DNA from: Thalassobaculaceae bacterium
Lineage (GTDB): Bacteria; Pseudomonadota; Alphaproteobacteria; Thalassobaculales; Thalassobaculaceae
DNA: 64,000 nt
Reading direction: 5' to 3'
Assembly (NCBI GenBank): GCA_965228875.1
Contig: OZ245843.1
Span: 4,446,616 to 4,510,615, forward strand
Of the stretch, positions 58,541-64,000 are shown piece after piece (positions within the stretch are counted from its first letter, which is position 1; every line of letters starts with the position of its first letter). Made by a program: the position numbers and the translations under genes. The notes under the pieces were generated by a model, which worked only from the letters and a program-made list of their open reading frames with translations, was not told where the DNA came from and made no database searches.

Positions 58541-59419
58541 ATGCGCCTCGTCGTCGCCACCTACAATATCCAATACGCCCTCGGTCAGGACGGCCGGTAC
58601 GACATCTCCCGGATCGCCGACGCGGTGGCCGAGGCCGACATCGTTCTCTTCCAGGAAGTCACGCAGAACTGGGCGCGGAACGCCGGCGAGGATCAGGTCG
58701 CCGAACTGGGTGAGCGGCTGAACCGTTATGTCGTGTTCGGCTCGACCTTCGACAGCGATGCCAGCACCGTCGAGGACGGCAAGGTGGTCAACCGACGGCG
58801 GACGTTCGGCAACATGATCGCCAGCCGTTGGCCGATCCTGTCGTCGCGCACCCAGCTTCTGCCGAAACGGGCGCTGCCGGACACCATGGACGTGCAGCGC
58901 TGCGTGGTCGAAGGCATCTGCCAGACGCCGGCGGGGCCGTTGCGGGCGTATTCGGTCCACCTCTCGCACATCTCCGCGGGACAGCGCCTGCCGCAGGTCG
59001 AGGTCCTGATGCGCTTCATCCGCGAGGCGGCGACCGACGCCCGGCCGTCAGACGGTCCGTTCCCGGTGCCCTGGCAGGGCGACGCCGTCGACGTGCCGTT
59101 GCCGTCCTCGGTGATCCTAGGCGGGGACTTCAACTGCACGCCGGATTCGGCCGAATACGCCATGGTCTGCGGTGAGCTCGACCCCCATCGCGGGCGGCTG
59201 CGCCGCGCGGATCAGCTGGTCGACACCTATACCGCCGCCGGCCACGATCCGTTCGTCGCCTCGTCTTTCTACACCCGCGACAGCGCCTATAAGATCGACC
59301 ATCTGGTGGCGACGCCGGATCTCGCGGCCTGCGTGGTGAGGAGCTGGATCGGCGACACCAAGGCGTCGGATCACTACCCGGTGTTCGTCGAACTCGACTG
59401 GGCCGGCGTCACCGTCTGA
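58541..59419 (+). CDS. Endonuclease/exonuclease/phosphatase family protein
   Basis: 'ATYNI', 'FQEV', 'VHLSH', 'GGDFN', 'IDH', 'SDHYP'. Confidence 0.92.
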   Translation: MRLVVATYNIQYALGQDGRYDISRIADAVAEADIVLFQEVTQNWARNAGEDQVAELGERLNRYVVFGSTFDSDASTVEDGKVVNRRRTFGNMIASRWPILSSRTQLLPKRALPDTMDVQRCVVEGICQTPAGPLRAYSVHLSHISAGQRLPQVEVLMRFIREAATDARPSDGPFPVPWQGDAVDVPLPSSVILGGDFNCTPDSAEYAMVCGELDPHRGRLRRADQLVDTYTAAGHDPFVASSFYTRDSAYKIDHLVATPDLAACVVRSWIGDTKASDHYPVFVELDWAGVTV

Positions 59420-60318
59420 CGACCGCGCTCGCGGGCCAGGGCCTCGCGGCGGGCGATGTACAGGGCGGCGGCCACGATCACCGCCGCCCCGACCCAGGTC
59501 CAGATCTCCGGGATCTCGCCGAACAGCGCGAAGCCGATCAGCGCCGACCACAGGAGCTGGATGTAGCGGGCCGGCGCGATGGCCGAGATCTCGCCGACCT
59601 TGAACCCCTGGGTCATCGCCAGATGCCCGACGGTGGCGAGACCGGCGATGCAGACGATCAGGATCCACTCCTCCACGCTCGGCCACTGCCACACCGAGAT
59701 CGCCGGGCCGAGGGTCACCAGGGTGACGATGATCGACAGGTAGGCGACCACGGCCGGCCCCGATTCTTTGCGGGTCAGCGCCTTGGCGACCAGGTCCGAA
59801 CAGGCGAAGATCGGTGCCGCGATCAGCATGGCGACCGCCCCGGGGTCGACCTCGGCGAATCCCGGCCGCACGATCAGCAGCGCGCCCATCAGGCCGACGG
59901 CGACGGCGGTGATCCGCGGCAGGCGGATGCGCTCTCCGAGGAACAGGGCGGCCCCCACCGTCGCGAACACCGGCGCGGTGAAGCCGATCGCGGTGACCTC
60001 GGCCAGCGGGATGCGCGACATGGAGTAGAACCAGAGCATCACCCCCGTGCCGTGCATCAGGCCGCGCAGCAGGTGCAGCTTCCAGTTCATCGCCCGCAGA
60101 TCGGCGCCGGTGACCTTCAGGAAGAACGGCAGCAGGAAGAGCAGGCCGAGCCCGTAGCGCAGGAACGAGGCCTGGATGGGGTCCATGGTCGTGCCGACGT
60201 AGCGGACCAGCGCCATGAAGCACGAGAAGATCAGCCCGGACGTGACGATCCAGAACATGCCCTGCACATTGCGGGGCACGGCTTCGAGCGTTGCGCGGAG
60301 TTGTGCGACGGATGGCAT
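59374..60318 (-). CDS. DMT/EamA family transporter
   Basis: Ten TMs; 'FTAPVF...LFLGERI', 'IVRPG', 'FGEIP'. Confidence 0.92.
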   Translation of the reverse strand: MPSVAQLRATLEAVPRNVQGMFWIVTSGLIFSCFMALVRYVGTTMDPIQASFLRYGLGLLFLLPFFLKVTGADLRAMNWKLHLLRGLMHGTGVMLWFYSMSRIPLAEVTAIGFTAPVFATVGAALFLGERIRLPRITAVAVGLMGALLIVRPGFAEVDPGAVAMLIAAPIFACSDLVAKALTRKESGPAVVAYLSIIVTLVTLGPAISVWQWPSVEEWILIVCIAGLATVGHLAMTQGFKVGEISAIAPARYIQLLWSALIGFALFGEIPEIWTWVGAAVIVAAALYIARREALARERGRQTVTPAQSSSTNTG

Positions 60319-60385
60319 CCGCTACAGTCCGGTGGGAGACGGCGCGGCGCGCGCCGTCGGAGGCTTTCAGGGGAGCACGCCGACC

Positions 60386-61264
60386 ATGGCCGGATCAAGC
60401 ACCAACACCCTGCCCGACACGCTGGTCTCGACGGACTGGCTGGCCGGAGCGCTGGGTAGCGACGGGCTGAGGGTCTTCGACTGCACCTGTTTCCTGGTGC
60501 CGGACCCCAAGACCACGCTGCGCGCCGAGAGCGGCCGCCCAGCCTACGAGGAGGCGCACATTCCCGGTGCCGGGTTCCTCGACATCATGGGCGAGTTCTC
60601 CGACCCGGACGGGCGGTTCCGCTTCACCATGCCGGCGCCGGAACGCTTGGCGGAGGTGTTCGGTGCCCACGGCATCGGCGACGACGTCTCGGTGGTGCTG
60701 TACGCCGCCGACAATCCGAGTTGGGCCACCCGGTTCTGGTGGATGCTGCGGGTCGCCGGATTCGACCGTGCGGCGGTGCTGGATGGCGGCCTGAAGAAAT
60801 GGCGGGCCGAAGGCCGGCCGGTCGAGAGCGGCACCGTGACCCTGCCGCCGGCGGCGATGACGCCGCATCCACGGCCGGAACTGGTCGTCGGCCGCGACGG
60901 CGTTCTGGCCGCCATGGACGATCCGAAGGTCTGCGTCGTCAACGCGCTGTCCGCCGCCCAGCACCGGGGGGAGGGGGCGCATTACGGCCGTCCGGGCCGG
61001 ATCGCCGGGTCGAGCAATGTTCCGTCGGCGACGCTTCTCGACCCGGAGACCAACGGGTTTCTGCCGGCCGACGAGATCGAGGCGGCGCTTCGGACGGCCG
61101 GTGCGATGGATGCCGACCGGGTGGTGCCCTACTGTGGCGGCGGCATCGCCGCATCGGTCACCACGTTCTGGCTGACCCGTCTCGGCAAGACCGACGTGGC
61201 GCTGTACGACGCCTCGCTGTCCGAATGGGTCGCCGACGACAGGCTGCCGATGGAGGTCGGGTGA
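60386..61264 (+). CDS. Two-domain rhodanese / 3-mercaptopyruvate sulfurtransferase
   Basis: 'LVSTDWL', 'HIPGA', 'LDGGLKKW', active site 'YCGGGIAA', 'YDASLSEW'. Confidence 0.92.
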   Translation: MAGSSTNTLPDTLVSTDWLAGALGSDGLRVFDCTCFLVPDPKTTLRAESGRPAYEEAHIPGAGFLDIMGEFSDPDGRFRFTMPAPERLAEVFGAHGIGDDVSVVLYAADNPSWATRFWWMLRVAGFDRAAVLDGGLKKWRAEGRPVESGTVTLPPAAMTPHPRPELVVGRDGVLAAMDDPKVCVVNALSAAQHRGEGAHYGRPGRIAGSSNVPSATLLDPETNGFLPADEIEAALRTAGAMDADRVVPYCGGGIAASVTTFWLTRLGKTDVALYDASLSEWVADDRLPMEVG

Positions 61265-61298
61265 TGACGGGGGCTCCGACCGAAGGCGAGACCCGACG

Positions 61299-62324
61299 AT
61301 GAAGCAGCCGACACAGAGCGCCGACGTCCTCCGCGCGATCGTCGCCAACCCGTCCGATCCGCGTCCGTACGGCGCCTATGCGGTGTTCCGTTTCTCGGCA
61401 TTCCCTCCGCCGACGCTAGGTCGCATGGCGCGCTGTCTGGCGGTCCTGCAACCGGACAACCGGGAGGCGGCCAACCACTACACGAACGCGGTACGACTGA
61501 ACTGGGGGCGTCGCATCCGGCGCTCGGTCCTGCCAGCGAGCGCGGAGACGAGGACGGTCAGCTTCGATGGGCTGACGCTGTCCTTCCAGTGCGGCAAGGG
61601 GCCAAGCCGATCCTTCTTCCAGCGGGTACTGGTCGGCGATACGCTGCACGAGGCCGGGCTTCTGGCCTATCTCAGGGCCCATGTGCGGCCGGGCGACGTG
61701 GTCGTCGATATCGGGGCCCATGTCGGCTACATCTCGTGTTTCGCCGCCGCCTTCGGGGCGACGGTCCTGGCGGTGGAGATGCAGCCGACCCTGGTGCCGG
61801 TGATCGCCGCCAACGCGGCGATGAACGAGCTGTGGACGGTGCACCCGATCAACGCCGCCGCCGGCGCGTCAGCCGGTCTGGTCCAGTCCATGCGCATGGA
61901 TCCGACCCCCGGCCTGATGACTCATTCCGAACGCCGCATAACCGATCGGGTCCCGACCGGCAGCGTGAACCACGACCTGATCGTTCGGATCGCCGTCGAC
62001 GACCTGGTGCTCCGTGACGAACCGGCCCCGGCTTTCGTGAAGATCGACGTGGAAGGGGCGGAGGGCCTGGTGGTCGACGGGGCCCGGCGGCTGATTGCCG
62101 GGGAGCGAACCCGGTTCCTGGTCGAGATCCATCCCGACCTGCTGGAAACCTTCGCCACCACTCAGGCGCAGATTCTCCAGGCGTTTCCGGCCGACCGCTG
62201 GCGCGCGCGCCTGCTGCGCGAGGACGGCAGCACCGACGACGTCGCGCCCGAGGACTACGCCCGCGAGGCGGTACGCGCCGACAACTACATGATCGTCTTC
62301 GAGCCTCTGGCCCTGACGGCGTGA
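61299..62324 (+). CDS. FkbM family methyltransferase
   Basis: 'VDIGAHVGY', 'AVEMQP', 'VKIDVEGAE', 'LVEIHP'. Confidence 0.88.
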   Translation: MKQPTQSADVLRAIVANPSDPRPYGAYAVFRFSAFPPPTLGRMARCLAVLQPDNREAANHYTNAVRLNWGRRIRRSVLPASAETRTVSFDGLTLSFQCGKGPSRSFFQRVLVGDTLHEAGLLAYLRAHVRPGDVVVDIGAHVGYISCFAAAFGATVLAVEMQPTLVPVIAANAAMNELWTVHPINAAAGASAGLVQSMRMDPTPGLMTHSERRITDRVPTGSVNHDLIVRIAVDDLVLRDEPAPAFVKIDVEGAEGLVVDGARRLIAGERTRFLVEIHPDLLETFATTQAQILQAFPADRWRARLLREDGSTDDVAPEDYAREAVRADNYMIVFEPLALTA

Positions 62325-62349
62325 GGGCGTGCGGGTTGATGGAGGATCG

Positions 62350-62378
62350 TTGACAGCGGGGACGGCAGCTTATATACA
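62350..62378 (+). promoter_or_regulatory. Sigma70 promoter of rpmH
   Basis: TTGACA-N17-TATACA, 50 nt upstream of rpmH. Confidence 0.7.
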
Positions 62379-62427
62379 CCCGCGCTCTCTATTCGAGCAG
62401 CAACAGTCGACGTGACGGAGGCTTCCC

Positions 62428-62562
62428 GTGAAGCGCACTTATCAACCGAGCGTTCTCGTCCGCAAGCGCCGCCACGGCTTTCGCTCCCGCATGGCCACGG
62501 TCGGCGGTCGCCGGGTGATCCGAGCCCGTCGGGCGAAGGGCCGCAAGCGCCTGTCCGCGTAG
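62428..62562 (+). CDS. rpmH: 50S ribosomal protein L34
   Basis: GTG start, [44 protein letters not shown]; too short for the ORF track; RBS GGAGG. Confidence 0.98.
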   Translation: MKRTYQPSVLVRKRRHGFRSRMATVGGRRVIRARRAKGRKRLSA

Positions 62563-62605
62563 GGTCGCGCCGCGACCGACGCCATCCGGGCCGGAGGGTG
62601 ACCGC

Positions 62606-62965
62606 ATGCGCGCGTCCGGCTCCGCAAAGCTAGACATCCTGCCCGCCAGGAAGGATTTCCTGGCCGCCGCGCGTGCGCGAAAGGCGGTGATGCCGGGTCT
62701 TGTCCTGCAGATGCGCCGGCGCGCCGAGGCGGACGGCCCGGCCCGGGTCGGCTACACCGCCAGCCGCAAGGTCGGCAACGCCGTCATCCGCAATCGGGCC
62801 CGCCGCCGTCTACGCGCCGCGGTCAACGACGTTCTGGCCGGACGCGCGGCGCCGGGCCACGACTACGTGCTGATCGCCCGGGCTGCGACCGCCGGTCGCC
62901 CTTACGACGCCCTGCTGAACGACTTATCTGTCGCCCTCGACCGTATCGAGAAGAAGAGCAGGTGA
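62606..62965 (+). CDS. rnpA: Ribonuclease P protein component
   Basis: '[24 protein letters not shown]'. Confidence 0.96.
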   Translation: MRASGSAKLDILPARKDFLAAARARKAVMPGLVLQMRRRAEADGPARVGYTASRKVGNAVIRNRARRRLRAAVNDVLAGRAAPGHDYVLIARAATAGRPYDALLNDLSVALDRIEKKSR

Positions 62966-63288
62966 TGGCACAGGCCCCGGTCCGGTGGATGGTTCGATGC
63001 GTCGTCCTGGCGCCGATCCACCTGTATCGCTACCTGCTTGCCCCGTTTTTCGCCGGTAGCTGCCGCTACGCCCCGAGCTGCTCGGCCTATGCCGTGGAGG
63101 CGATTGGGACACACGGGGTCTTGCGTGGCGGCGCCCTAGCCCTTAGACGCATCGCCAGATGTAATCCGTGGGGAGGATCGGGTGTCGACCCGGTGCCGCC
63201 GCTCGCCGCGAGCGACCCCCGCACCATGACAGCCTATCCGGTCCGACCGGATGCGGCTCCTGCCAGCACCGACGGAAGCGTGCGATGA
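62962..63288 (+). CDS. yidD: Membrane protein insertion efficiency factor
   Basis: '[17 protein letters not shown]', '[17 protein letters not shown]'. Confidence 0.95.
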   Translation: MMAQAPVRWMVRCVVLAPIHLYRYLLAPFFAGSCRYAPSCSAYAVEAIGTHGVLRGGALALRRIARCNPWGGSGVDPVPPLAASDPRTMTAYPVRPDAAPASTDGSVR

Positions 63289-64000
63289 GCGACCAGAAGA
63301 ACATGATCCTCGCGATCGCCCTGTCCGTGGTGATCCTGATCGGCTTTCAATTCTTCGCCGCCGAGTTCGGTCTGACGCCGACACCGCCGGCGCCGCAGCC
63401 GCAGCAGCAGGCCGCCGGTCAGTCCGATGCGACCAGCACGGCGCCGGTGCCGCCCTCGGACAGTGCGTCGCCCACCCAGCTTCCGGCGATCGCCGCCGGC
63501 GGCCAGATCGACCGGGAGGCCGCCCTGGCGGCCACACCGCGGATCCAGATCCGCACGCCGACCATCGACGGCTCGATTTCGCTCGTGGGCGCGCGCATCG
63601 ACGATGTGGTGCTGACGCAGTACCGCGAGACCCTGGACCCGGCGAGCGACAACATCCACCTGCTGGAACCGACGAACTACGTCCGGCCCTACTACGCCGA
63701 GTTCGGCTGGGTGGCCGCGCCCGGCACCGAGATCGAGCTGCCCGGTCCGAAGACCGTCTGGCAGACCGACGGGACCGAACTGACCCCGTCCTCGCCGGTG
63801 ACCCTGACCTGGACCAGCGGCCAGGGCCTGACGTTCACGCGGACCATCGCGATCGACGACGGCTACATGTTCACCGTCTCCGACACCGTCGCAAACGACG
63901 GATCCGAGGCGCGGGAGCTGTTCCCCTACGGCCTGTTGAGCCGTGGCGGCACGCCGGAGACGACCGGGTTCTACATTCTGCACGAGGGTCCGCTCGGCGT
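63285..64000 (+). CDS. yidC: Membrane protein insertase YidC (3'-truncated by window edge)
   Basis: [24 protein letters not shown]..., '[12 protein letters not shown]', 'YYAEFGW', '[10 protein letters not shown]'; ATGA overlap with yidD. Confidence 0.96.
   Translation, partial: MSDQKNMILAIALSVVILIGFQFFAAEFGLTPTPPAPQPQQQAAGQSDATSTAPVPPSDSASPTQLPAIAAGGQIDREAALAATPRIQIRTPTIDGSISLVGARIDDVVLTQYRETLDPASDNIHLLEPTNYVRPYYAEFGWVAAPGTEIELPGPKTVWQTDGTELTPSSPVTLTWTSGQGLTFTRTIAIDDGYMFTVSDTVANDGSEARELFPYGLLSRGGTPETTGFYILHEGPLG

Noticed and set aside
62324..62430. Possible replication origin or dnaA next to rpmH-rnpA-yidC
   Set aside because: No dnaA gene and no cluster of DnaA boxes upstream of rpmH; this linkage is normally broken in Alphaproteobacteria.

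Overview
High-GC (visually about 68-70%) alphaproteobacterial chromosome segment. Gene content and order suggest a Rhodospirillales-type organism (inference). Most of it is core or semi-core: ygiQ-type radical SAM, a TRAP transporter, nrdJ, ftsEX-ydcF, cobST-dnaJ-like-bolA, phaAB/phaR, TIGR02302-lptM-argH-tlpA and rpmH-rnpA-yidD-yidC. I saw no rRNA, tRNA, CRISPR array, integrase or transposase. Accessory pieces worth attention: (i) 1-4817, a tightly coupled cluster of uncharacterised genes (degenerate PiT-like membrane protein, coiled-coil protein, DUF4123-C-terminus-like protein, modular effector-like protein, possible immunity genes) that looks like the tail of a secretion/toxin locus; (ii) an autotransporter whose passenger seems to have been swapped in; (iii) a TetR/DUF2145 unit with two visible operators; (iv) a cytochrome b561-haem c fusion; (v) a redox insert (cyt b561, RoxA-like dihaem protein, BBE-like flavoprotein, FMN oxidase) inside the PHA cluster; (vi) an apparently dual-coded PhaE-like/PhaC-like overlap; (vii) an effector-like phosphoribosyltransferase with N-terminal repeats. 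All family calls come from motif recognition by eye, with no database search. Start codons were chosen by hand where the ORF track over-extends.
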